The notes beneath the pieces are model-generated. The model was given only the letters and a program-made list of their open reading frames with translations. It was not told the DNA's origin and searched no databases. The position numbers and the translations under genes were made by a program. A DNA stretch of 63,772 nt, the filler included, from Aduncisulcus paluster (lineage: Eukaryota): assembly GCA_024181965.1 (NCBI GenBank). It is 6 parts of 6 records of this genome, joined end to end, with 100 filler letters (N's around TTAATTAATTAA, not from the genome) between each part and the next. Parts side by side here need not be neighbours in the genome. Positions count along the whole stretch, not along the records: positions 32,129 to 41,792 come from BQXS01012603.1; positions 41,893 to 57,539 come from BQXS01012604.1; 4 more parts are not named here. The stretch is one strand, 5' to 3'. Position 1 is the stretch's first letter, and every line of letters starts with the position of its first letter. Of the stretch, positions 32,765 through 42,900 are shown piece by piece.

Positions 32765-35344
32765 ATGCAAATTAAGCAAAATAGCTCCTATATTTCACCT
32801 TCTACAACTTCAGAATCTCATAAATTCAATATTCCAGTCACTATTCGACAATTACTTGGAACTGGAACATTTGGAAAGGTATATGAAGTGGAGAGTCATG
32901 ACAAACAAACATATGCATTAAAACGTGTTGTATTAAAACAGTCTCATCAATCTATTGATTCAGTAATTCAAAAGTGTTACGATGAAGCATTTTTTATGAA
33001 AAGAGCTGCATGTCCTCAAATTGTAAAGTTACATTCAGCGTTCATTGAAAATAATCAATTTTATTTGTTTCAAGAACTTATGGATGGCGGTGATTTACTC
33101 TCCTTTATCAATTTGCGTAAGGAGAATGGCGAATCCCTTTCGGCTTCAAGGATAATGCTATGGTTTTACCAAATTAGCCTTGCTGTATCGAAAGTTCACC
33201 GCTGTTCTATGGTTCATTGTGATATTAAACCTTCTAATTTGTTTATCGATTCCCAAACAGGAGCTTGCAAGCTTGGGGACTTTGGCTTGTCCAAACTTCT
33301 GAAAAAACCGTCTCAAAAAATATATTCTGCACGTGGAACTCCAATATATCAACCCCCAGAGATCTGTTCTCGTTGTGGTTTCAATCAGTCATCAGACATC
33401 TGGGCCCTTGGATGTGTCCTCTACGAAATGATGAATCTAAAGGTTCCCTTTGGATTTGAAGGTTGCAGCAAGCGTCAATTAATGCACGATATCTCCCACG
33501 AGTCGGTTTCTTTCCCTTCCTCATCAACTTCATACCCTTCTTTCCTATATGTTCTTGTTCGAAAGCTTCTCTCCAAGGAAGCCGATGAACGTCCCTCTAT
33601 TTCTGAGGTCTGTGGTGTCATGCAGCTCAGTTTAGAGAGGCTTGGTATCTGTTCTGTATCTATGAATTATCTCCTTAGAAAGGGCCGCATCCATGTCCGA
33701 GACATTCTTCGCCTTGGTACTGGCGACATTCGAGGCCGCATTGCAATCGATCAGGCCATGAAAGATCGCATTATCGAATTATATCGCTCAAATATCGGTT
33801 TGAAAGAGCTTCGACCCCCAGCGAAGCTTTCTTTCCTCCCCATTGACCTATCTTCTGTCTATAAAAGCCGCAAAGATCAGAGATCTACACTCCCCCCTAT
33901 ATTGAATGCTATTCTTACGTTATGGAAGAGTCTCTCATTTATACCTGGGTTTGACATTATATACGAATTTGTCACGAATAACTTGACAAAATCTTTTAGT
34001 TCCCATGCAAAAGTTTCCACTGTAACCGTAACTCATACGTCTCCTACGGACTCTCTGTTTCTCTCCTTTATCTCAAAATCGATCATGCCCACTCCAGACT
34101 TTGTAATGTCCTTGTTTAAAGAATGTATAGTGTGTTCTCCCCTTTGTGGTCAATCCCCTTCTCCCCAACACCTCAAGAAGTCAGTGGCAGGGGATTCAAA
34201 TATGGCCCATCATGATCTCATTGGGAAATCTTCCCTTCCTCCTCCTTGCTCGCTTTCTCTATCTCCGATTCTCCTTCCAAAAACATCGAGTTATGGCGAT
34301 TATCTGGATACGATCAAAACTTCATGTTCCCACTGCCAATCTGTGCCCAAATTAACGCATCAATTCCCTTGTGGTGAACTTATCTCCTCTTCCTCTTCTG
34401 ACAAGACCAGTTCTCCACCAAGGTTCTCGAAGTATTATTCCCCAGCAGGTGAAGATAAGGTTGACAAGAAGATATTTCACTCTCCTTCTTCCATAATGGC
34501 ACCTTCCCACCTCGTCTGTTCTGCACCTGCCTCCCATATTGGATGTTCGTACTCTCACAAACCCCACGATCCCGTCTCAAGTCTTAGGCACTGTTTCAGT
34601 TCTCTATTCTCCGCCTCAAACAAGGAACATTCAGACTCGACAAGTAGTAGTGAACTTCCCAAAGATGATACGAGTGTATGTCGGACTTTGTCACCAATCA
34701 CAAGTCATTCATATCCCAAACATCGCTGCCCCGTACATTCATCTTTCTCACAATGCTGTTTCTCGAGTCTATATGATCGATTCCCTTTCTTTGGCCTGAT
34801 ATTTTTATCCGTGGAGCTCTCCCATGCTCTTTGGGTGAAACGCTCAGAGATTCTATCCCATTTGAAGGGGAAATGTCACAAGAATTGCATTGCCAGGGCC
34901 AAAGAAATGAAGAAACGGCATAAACGTTTCGTTTCACAGAAAAAGAAAGAGGAGGAAGAGAGCAGCTTGACTTGTGCCGATTCCTCTCATACAAGACATT
35001 GTCCCAGTGTTGTGGAGAATGAAAGCTCTCGATGTTGTCCTTCATGTAGGAAATCTGCATATGTCTCATTTCCGCCAACAGATATTGCTCATCAAAGTCA
35101 TCCTTCTTCAGAAGTTACTCAAGATCCCGCAAAGCTTTCTCTCCCTTCTCTCCCTTCTCTCCCATGCCCTCGAATGCATTTGTGTAAGTATTGTCGCTCT
35201 ATGTGTTTCTTTAAGTATGTGTCTGAACCCCCCACTCTATATCAGTGTTTATCTTCTTCTAGTGTCCTTGGATGGCTCAGACATTGCGTCTCCCTGTATC
35301 GGTGCTGGATTAATAACAGTGGAAGCTTGAAATCTAGGTTTTAA
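32765..35344 (+). CDS. NEK/NIMA-related Ser/Thr kinase with a long Ser/Cys/His-rich C-terminus
   Basis: GTGTFGKV, ALK, HCDIKPSN, KLGDFG, GTPIYQPPE, SDIWALGCVLYEM; IMLWFYQI is typical of NEKs. Confidence 0.9.
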   Translation: MQIKQNSSYISPSTTSESHKFNIPVTIRQLLGTGTFGKVYEVESHDKQTYALKRVVLKQSHQSIDSVIQKCYDEAFFMKRAACPQIVKLHSAFIENNQFYLFQELMDGGDLLSFINLRKENGESLSASRIMLWFYQISLAVSKVHRCSMVHCDIKPSNLFIDSQTGACKLGDFGLSKLLKKPSQKIYSARGTPIYQPPEICSRCGFNQSSDIWALGCVLYEMMNLKVPFGFEGCSKRQLMHDISHESVSFPSSSTSYPSFLYVLVRKLLSKEADERPSISEVCGVMQLSLERLGICSVSMNYLLRKGRIHVRDILRLGTGDIRGRIAIDQAMKDRIIELYRSNIGLKELRPPAKLSFLPIDLSSVYKSRKDQRSTLPPILNAILTLWKSLSFIPGFDIIYEFVTNNLTKSFSSHAKVSTVTVTHTSPTDSLFLSFISKSIMPTPDFVMSLFKECIVCSPLCGQSPSPQHLKKSVAGDSNMAHHDLIGKSSLPPPCSLSLSPILLPKTSSYGDYLDTIKTSCSHCQSVPKLTHQFPCGELISSSSSDKTSSPPRFSKYYSPAGEDKVDKKIFHSPSSIMAPSHLVCSAPASHIGCSYSHKPHDPVSSLRHCFSSLFSASNKEHSDSTSSSELPKDDTSVCRTLSPITSHSYPKHRCPVHSSFSQCCFSSLYDRFPFFGLIFLSVELSHALWVKRSEILSHLKGKCHKNCIARAKEMKKRHKRFVSQKKKEEEESSLTCADSSHTRHCPSVVENESSRCCPSCRKSAYVSFPPTDIAHQSHPSSEVTQDPAKLSLPSLPSLPCPRMHLCKYCRSMCFFKYVSEPPTLYQCLSSSSVLGWLRHCVSLYRCWINNSGSLKSRF

Positions 35345-35885
35345 ATGTCCAATCCTCAACAGTGTAATGGTATGACTGTTCAAAAGTTATTATTATATTC
35401 CAAGAAGAACATGTTGTTATTTCTTTTCTATATATATATATATATATATAATATAAATATTAATACTATTTGAAGATTGTTTTTAATATAAATATTATAT
35501 TTATTCTCTTTCTATTCATTCAAGGTGATGGTTCTTTGCTGACAAAATCACGAATTATTTTTTTATCTATTTCCAACATTTGTTAATTTTTTAGAATTTA
35601 TTTTTATTTATTTCTATGTTTTTAATAATTTTAATATTATTTTCTTTATGTTTGACGTTTCTTATCCACGCAATTTTTTTTCCTTTTTTTTTTTTTGATT
35701 AGGTTTCTCAAGTGGTGGTAACAAACTTTTTTTTCTGCAATTATTTTTCAAATTTATTATCATTATTAGTTTGTCATTCTTTTCAAATGCAGCTAGAAGA
35801 AGATTACAATTTGTAATTATATTGCTACAATTTGTGATGCAAATGCAATTATTTGGTAACTAACTTACATGTGATGGTATCTCTC

Positions 35886-36926
35886 CAAGCTTTGACTTGA
35901 AGATAAATCATCAAGACATTATCTATTATGTTATATCTATAATTTTAATCATTTAATAGCAGACAGCTATTTTTGCTTTTTTCTCTTCTCTTTTCATTGT
36001 GTGTCGAGGTTAATCCATAGATCTTGCAAAAACTATATTTTTTTTCGAGGCCTCATTCAGTATCTTACATTTCTAAAGTTGTTCTAAATTTAGACGAAAT
36101 TAGCATATTAGTATCAACTTTTCTGTCAATATTGGATATTATTCCTTTTCAAGATGCTGAATTTTTTTTTTTTTTTTCCCCTCACAATTGGTGACAAATA
36201 TGAGTTTTTGATTGATTGTTGACCGAATGGTTCAAACTTTGAACTTAGTAAAACTATAAGATAGTTACAATATCAAAATTGAGATTCTCAACAAATTGGG
36301 TAATGTCTTTCTCAGTATAGTATAGTATAGTATAGTATAGTAGCAACGGACTCCGGAAACATCACAAGCATTATCTCCATCAGGAATCCCATAAGTCNNN
36401 NNNNNNNNNNNNNNNNNCAAGCTTTGACTTGAAGATAAATCATCAAGACATTATCTATTATGTTATATCTATAATTTTAATCATTTAATAGCAGACAGCT
36501 ATTTTTGCTTTTTTCTCTTCTCTTTTCATTGTGTGTCGAGGTTAATCCATAGATCTTGCAAAAACTATATTTTTTTTCGAGGCCTCATTCAGTATCTTAC
36601 ATTTCTAAAGTTGTTCTAAATTTAGACGAAATTAGCATATTAGTATCAACTTTTCTGTCAATATTGGATATTATTCCTTTTCAAGATGCTGAATTTTTTT
36701 TTTTTTCCCCTCACAATTGGTGACAAATATGAGTTTTTGATTGATTGTTGACCGAATGGTTCAAACTTTGAACTTAGTAAAACTATAAGATAGTTACAAT
36801 ATCAAAATTGAGATTCTCAACAAATTGGGTAATGTCTTTCTCAGTATAGTATAGTATAGTATAGTATAGTAGCAACGGACTCCGGAAACATCACAAGCAT
36901 TATCTCCATCAGGAATCCCATAAGTC
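35886..36926. repeat. gap-flanking direct duplication (35886-36397 vs 36418-36926) containing an (AGTAT)n microsatellite
   Basis: Same ~510 bp on both sides of N20 at 36398-36417; poly-T run 16 vs 13. Confidence 0.9.
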
Positions 36927-37650
36927 GGAATCTCCAATCCACCAACAATGTTGGAGAGAGAATCCTCTACCTCTGATGCTCATCGTTGCATTCTGTAATA
37001 CAGAATCTGTATAAAAATTAATAGAATCTGGTTGCACCAAAAGCAGCATCTAATTTGAATGACTTGCTTTCAAGAATTGGGGTTCGCCCATCAATAGTTG
37101 TTTTTGGCAAGTGAACTCCCATTTTCCCACCAAGGGATACAGTAACAGGGAATATACCAGCAATGTCCTTTTCAGATGATATAAGAGGTCTCGTGCGCGA
37201 GAATATTCGAATAGATTTGTCAATATATGATTCTCTTGGGTTGGGTAGGGTAGAACGGAAAAGAGAAGCATTTTTCAAAATCTTATTAGTCCTATAAACC
37301 CCCATAGCCTAACATAGAACCTCTATTAGGCCTATTGGTTTTTGCTAATCTCAATCTTCTATCCAATGCATCGTTCATGATGAAACAAAGGATAATCCAG
37401 GGAAAATAATACACCGGTATCATGGTCAACATAACACAGTATATTGTGTACTATCCTATGCTTAACTCCAGATGCAATGATCATGTCAGTCTACGGTATT
37501 ACCATTAAAAAGAAGGTCTATTTGACCCTCTCCGTCATATGAAATAAGGAGACGAATATTATGACCTAAAATAGTATTCTGAGGTACAAAGATAACTTTT
37601 CAATCATTGATCCAGTCTTGAAAAATCCTCAATGGTACGATAACCAACAA
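36830..37650 (-). pseudogene. possible decayed coding sequence
   Basis: GC above the intergenic background and short broken frames (37018-37305; PTYGIPDGDNACDVSGVRCYY); no family recognised. Confidence 0.3.
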
Positions 37651-37812
37651 AAATCAACTTCCTGGCGAAAGAAAGATTTCTACAATTCAAGTTGAAAGAT
37701 AACAACAATAAATAACGAATTTATTTCATATATATATTATAGAGTGAATTTATTTTTCATCTGAGCGTATCAAGCCGATTATACCCAAAATGCTGTGATA
37801 AGGCCTACAATC

Positions 37813-39705
37813 TTACATTTCGAGATAAGAATACTCGGGTTCTTTCGGCTCTGTTTCCTTATCCTTCTTCATTAAACCTCCGCGCTGTGTTTTGTGCATG
37901 AAAGAGCACATCTGAATTGAAGAAGGAATCCCACCAGATGCAGCGAAACCTGGAGGACCGTACACATCAAGTTCAGATGGTCTTCCCATCCATCCAGTAC
38001 TTCCAGAGAATGTAATCCTGCATTCAGTTGGACTTGTTACCGCTGTGACAACTCCATAATCAGCATGGGAGATACTTCCCCATCCATAAGCCACATTGGT
38101 TACAGAGGGCTTGACACGAATAACATGGCCGACTTCAACCGTTACGTCTGGGTAGGGGACCCATGAACTCACTTCTGACACGTTGGGAGCAGATGAGGTG
38201 GACACCTTTGGAGGTTCTTTTTTCATCTTTCCACTCACTGAAGAAACATCGAAATCAAGGAGAAGACCTTCAACAATACCCTTTAAGAAGAAAGGAGGGA
38301 GCTTCTCAAGGCCACCAGACTCATTGAGAGCCTCGATATTATCGATCACACCAAGACCACCCAATCTGAGCAGACGGTCACTTCCATACCTTGAAACCCA
38401 CTCCATGCCACCAGTATCAGCCATTTCAATGAGGGCTGGATGGATCATGTCCTCAAGAACACAGTCGAGGGAGGGGATATGAAGACGACGACTCAACATG
38501 TACATATCACGGAGGTTTCCTAGGGATTCAGTGGGATTTTCTCCACGACAAACCAAAGCAAGACTCTTATTGTCACCTCCATAAATAAAACGGACGATAG
38601 CACGCATATGTTTACAGAGAATCTCAGGGAACGAAGCGAAAGAACAACTGACACCATCAACACATTTTCTACTCCTCATCAAATGTCTGAAATAACCACT
38701 ACTTGCTGAAAGAAGAATAGAGTGGGCCTTGATAATGCCATCCTTACATCTGAGTTCAAAATCAAATGGGCATGCCTCAAGGAACCTCTTAAATTCAGCT
38801 TTAATCTTTGGTTCTTCTTCTTCTTCTTCTTTTTTACGAGATTCAGGGGACTCAGCATCCAAGAAAGGAAGAACTTCACGGAGAGAAGAGAGAATTAAGT
38901 CTCTTTGTGGAGCCTGCTTGCAAGATTCAATACCACCAAAAACTCGGACCTCTATTACTTTGCTGNNNNNNNNNNNNNNNNNNNNATGTCTGAAATAACC
39001 ACTACTTGCTGAAAGAAGAATAGAGTGGGCCTTGATAATGCCATCCTTACATCTGAGTTCAAAATCAAATGGGCATGCCTCAAGGAACCTCTTAAATTCA
39101 GCTTTAATCTTTGGTTCTTCTTCTTCTTCTTCTTTTTTACGAGATTCAGGGGACTCAGCATCCAAGAAAGGAAGAACTTCACGGAGAGAAGAGAGAATTA
39201 AGTCTCTTTGTGGAGCCTGCTTGCAAGATTCAATACCACCAAAAACTCGGACCTCTATTACTTTGCTGGCATATCCACTTGAATGATTTTCATGGATTTC
39301 GAATGTGAGACGGGAACATTTTACAGCTTTCTGGAATTTAATAACGTGCCACCCAGTAAACTGTTCAAGATGTGCCTTGCAACGTCTCTGCTCTTTTCCA
39401 TGGTTTGAAAAAGCAAGTTGAATGTCACTAGGATGATAACTACCATGTGAAGAATCGGTCCTAACACAAAAGTAAGAGGGAACACAACCACCAGAGGTTT
39501 TAAAATCAATATAAATCTCATGAGGTTTACCACCATTTGATTGATAATATCTTTCATCTGCAGATAACATATGTTCAGGCGGATAAGAAGATTGAGTAGT
39601 TTTGGCTGTGATGGAAGAAATTTTCATTTGTCTTCCAAACTTGGATTTTGGAAGTTCCTTAGACGCAATCCTTTGGAACACTGTGATAGTTTCAGTAGGA
39701 ACCAT
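37813..39705 (-). CDS. APC10/DOC-like + BTB/POZ + HERC2/KEG-type SH3-like domain protein (~529 aa after removing the gap duplication)
   Basis: DOC-like YYQSNGGKPHEIYIDF...SYHPSDI...FEIHENHSSGYASKVIEVRVFG; BTB DFELRCKDGIIKAHSILLSASSGYFR...IVRFIYG; SH3-like VGHVIRVKPSVTNVAYGWGSISHADYGVV...WMGRPSELDV. Confidence 0.85.
   Translation of the reverse strand: MVPTETITVFQRIASKELPKSKFGRQMKISSITAKTTQSSYPPEHMLSADERYYQSNGGKPHEIYIDFKTSGGCVPSYFCVRTDSSHGSYHPSDIQLAFSNHGKEQRRCKAHLEQFTGWHVIKFQKAVKCSRLTFEIHENHSSGYASKVIEVRVFGGIESCKQAPQRDLILSSLREVLPFLDAESPESRKKEEEEEEPKIKAEFKRFLEACPFDFELRCKDGIIKAHSILLSASSGYFRHXXXXXXXSKVIEVRVFGGIESCKQAPQRDLILSSLREVLPFLDAESPESRKKEEEEEEPKIKAEFKRFLEACPFDFELRCKDGIIKAHSILLSASSGYFRHLMRSRKCVDGVSCSFASFPEILCKHMRAIVRFIYGGDNKSLALVCRGENPTESLGNLRDMYMLSRRLHIPSLDCVLEDMIHPALIEMADTGGMEWVSRYGSDRLLRLGGLGVIDNIEALNESGGLEKLPPFFLKGIVEGLLLDFDVSSVSGKMKKEPPKVSTSSAPNVSEVSSWVPYPDVTVEVGHVIRVKPSVTNVAYGWGSISHADYGVVTAVTSPTECRITFSGSTGWMGRPSELDVYGPPGFAASGGIPSSIQMCSFMHKTQRGGLMKKDKETEPKEPEYSYLEM
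38683..39268. repeat. gap-flanking direct duplication (38683-38965 vs 38986-39268)
   Basis: Same ~283 bp on both sides of N20 at 38966-38985. Confidence 0.9.
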
Positions 39706-39887
39706 CAGGTCAAAAGTGTTTGGTCAACAAAATATCCACTACAACGTTATTCAGCTTGCTTGGTTGAACAATGTGATTAATATGATTATTTACGAAATAA
39801 AATACCAAGAAAATAACTAATTGATTCTTAAATGACCACATAAACAACTCAAAATAATTGAAAGCCTGCCAATTACTGCGATATATC

Positions 39888-41070
39888 AAAAAAAACCTAA
39901 AAATGAATAATAAACAAATCTAGCAAAATAAAAATAACAACAAATAAAAAAATGAATCAATTCCTTTCAATTTTATTCCATAATCAAAAAATACAAAAGA
40001 AGTTTCAACCAAATATGAATTAGCAATTATTTGACTGGCAGAAACTCCGATGCAAAAAAAGTGCGCATCATGTATGCAAAAACAAATAATAATAATAATA
40101 CCGAGGTTCTTGATACTCTCATGTAAGAAAGCTGAGAGTGTCCGAACTTTCCACATATTAATAGAATCAGTACAGCGTCCGTACTATTCAAAACCAAAAG
40201 CAAGTATAACTAAGTGTAACAAGATCATAGGATCAAAACAGAAAATATTTCCATTGTTAAACTATATAATAAACAATGAACCAGATGAAGGTTACCATAT
40301 ATAACAACACGAAGATGTTAACATAACTGTTGTTCAACAAACAAATTATTTTCATCAAATAAATAAAAAAAACCTAAAAATGAATAATAAACAAATCTAG
40401 CAAAATAAAAATAACAACAAATAAAAAAATGAATCAATTCCTTTCAATTTTATTCCATAATCAAAAAATACAAAAGAAGTTTCAACCAAATATGAATTAG
40501 CAATTATTTGACTGGCAGAAACTCCGATGCAAAAAAAGTGCGCATCATGTATGCAAAAACATAATAATAATAATACCGAGGTTCTTGATACTCTCATGTA
40601 AGAAAGCTGAGAGTGTCCGAACTTTCCACATATTAATAGAATCAGTACAGCGTCCGTACTATTCAAAACCAAAATTTATTCCATAATCAAAAAATACAAA
40701 AGAAGTTTCAACCAAATATGAATTAGCAATTATTTGACTGGCAGAAACTCCGATGCAAAAAAAGTGCGCATCATGTATGCAAAAACAAATAATAATAATA
40801 ATACCGAGGTTCTTGATACTCTCATGTAAGAAAGCTGAGAGTGTCCGAACTTTCCACATATTAATAGAATCAGTACAGCGTCCGTACTATTCAAAACCAA
40901 AAGCAAGTATAACTAAGTGTAACAAGATCATAGGATCAAAACAGAAAATATTTCCATTGTTAAACTATATAATAAACAATGAACCAGATGAAGGTTACCA
41001 TATATAACAACACGAAGATGTTAACATAACTGTTGTTCAACAAACAAATTATTTTCATCAAATAAATAAA
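39888..41070. repeat. mosaic tandem repeat ABC-AB-BC; core of ~225 bp present three times
   Basis: ABC 39888-~40365; AB ~40366-40673; BC ~40674-41070. Near identical, with no N gap inside. Confidence 0.9.
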
Positions 41071-41281
41071 ATAAAATAAAAAAACATGACAAAACACATA
41101 AAATAACACACAATGTAAAACAATTGCCAAGATTCAAAACCGAGAGGCGAAAAACAATATATATTTGGAAAACAATGAAATATTTGATAATAATAATAAT
41201 CATAGCAAATTATAACACAAAAAAACAAATAAGTACATCACATTAATCAATTAATTAAAAAAAACAATCAATAATATTTCA

Positions 41282-41792
41282 TTATGGTTTGAATCGATAT
41301 TTCAGTGATTCTTCTCTTCCATCGTCAACTATCTTTACCCAATGAGCAACTTGCAAGAGAACAACTTGGACTTGTTCGGCATCAAGAGTGTTGACAAATG
41401 GAAATATTACCAAACCTGGGGAAGAATCGTATCGGAAGGAAAATACATCATATCCAACAGAAGCACCCATATATGATGAGGCTATAGTTGCATCATGGAT
41501 AGATTGAACAAGCGAGGGGCAAGAAGAGGAAGAAGAGGAAGAAGAGGAAGAAGAGGAAGAAGAAGAGGAAGAGGAAGAGGTGGAAACACCTGAAGCGAAT
41601 GATTTGTTCAAGTTACACACACATTTCTGAGCGTAACTTTTTGTACGATCATCAGGGGGAAAAGTACAGAGAGTTTTAAGAGATGAGGGGGACAGAGATT
41701 CATGATTGAGACCATAACAAGAACATTTCTTAAAAAGAAAGGAGTGTGGATTGCATATGGTCTCAAGTTCATGAGCAAAAATAAAAAAACAT
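41282..41792 (-). CDS. 3' end of an unidentified protein with a poly-Ser tract
   Basis: Frame open from the scaffold edge to TAA at 41282; ends ...PGLVIFPFVNTLDAEQVQVVLLQVAHWVKIV...YRFKP*. Confidence 0.55.
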
Positions 41793-41892
41793 NNNNNNNN
41801 NNNNNNNNNNNNNNNNNNNNNNNNNNNNNNNNNNNNTTAATTAATTAANNNNNNNNNNNNNNNNNNNNNNNNNNNNNNNNNNNNNNNNNNNN
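41793..41892. other. artificial scaffold linker
   Basis: N44-TTAATTAATTAA-N44. Confidence 0.98.
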
Positions 41893-42616
41893 GCTAGATT
41901 TCAAGATCTTTTGGTTACTCGCTCTAGTTCAATGATTCCCAGTAAAAAATTGGCATTATCTCACTATACAGAAAACATTTTGATAAAATATTGTTATGTC
42001 GTTTGTATAACAGGGTTCATTTCACCTTTTTATTCAAAGTCAAAATGGTCAATCAAATTCAAGGGATCACTTTCTGAATGGAGTATGAATTTTGTGTAAG
42101 ATATTCGTTGTCTTGGCAGTTCTTTGACGTATTTGTATTTTTATCATTGTAAATACATCTTATTTTACACTGGGCGTATCATTATCAAATGATGCCTTTT
42201 GATGATTTTGATAGTGATACAGTTCTGGTATTTTTCATAAACAATGATAAAATTGCTTTGATTATGGTTTCAAATATATTCTAAATCCATTATCTTTTTA
42301 TAATCCATTCAATTGGGGCTATAAGATGTTGCCATTTATAAACGTGTCATATTTTTCGAGTTATTAATATTATCGATTGGAATAATGCTTATACCATTTT
42401 CCTTAAATGTATTATTGAGTGAATTGGATTTCTAATAATAGCTAGTATTGGATTTCCTGTTATTTTTCATTTTCCATTTCAGGAGATTGTGTATTCAGAT
42501 ACACTGAGTCATTCACTCGATGAAATGGGAGATGACGATATTAATTATATATGGCTGTGTGTGAGATTCTATTATATTATATTTGCCTCATCTATTCTGA
42601 ATTCTGCTATCGCAAA

Positions 42617-42769
42617 TCAATAATGATAATCAACAACTTGTTATACTTGAAGTATTCACGAATGTCGTAATGTTCGTCACTGGTTGCCATTCCACACGAT
42701 ATTTTCATAATTTAAGTTTCTCAAAAGGCATGTTCCAATTTATGGTTCAATTCCAATATCCCCACAAGG
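42617..42769 (-). pseudogene. decayed inverted copy of the 3' end of the large membrane gene (~54490-54615)
   Basis: Reverse complement has CTTTTGAGAAACTTAA...GTGTGGAATGGCAACC..TGACGAACA...CATTCGTGAATACTT...TTGTTGATTAT, collinear with 54523-54605 but with insertions. Confidence 0.8.
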
Positions 42770-42900
42770 ATATTTATTTCAATACGGTCAATAACATGAC
42801 ATACTATCATGACTCATGAATGTGCATCATGGATGAGTATTAGCATTAAAAATTCATTTTCATGTTTCAGAAACTCATTCGTTGTCCACCCAGCTCTCTT

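Noticed and set aside
38683..39268. Apparent tandem BTB domains
   Set aside because: Identical copies on either side of an N20 gap; assembly artefact
40110..40145. SECIS element or confident U5 snRNA call for the hairpin
   Set aside because: Lacks the AUGA/GA quartet geometry and the invariant U5 loop GCCUUUUAC; kept only as a hypothesis
39888..41070. Possible CRISPR-like array or repeated small ORFs (78-91 aa)
   Set aside because: Units are long and near identical with no unique spacers, no cas genes and a eukaryotic context; the ORFs are low-complexity by-products
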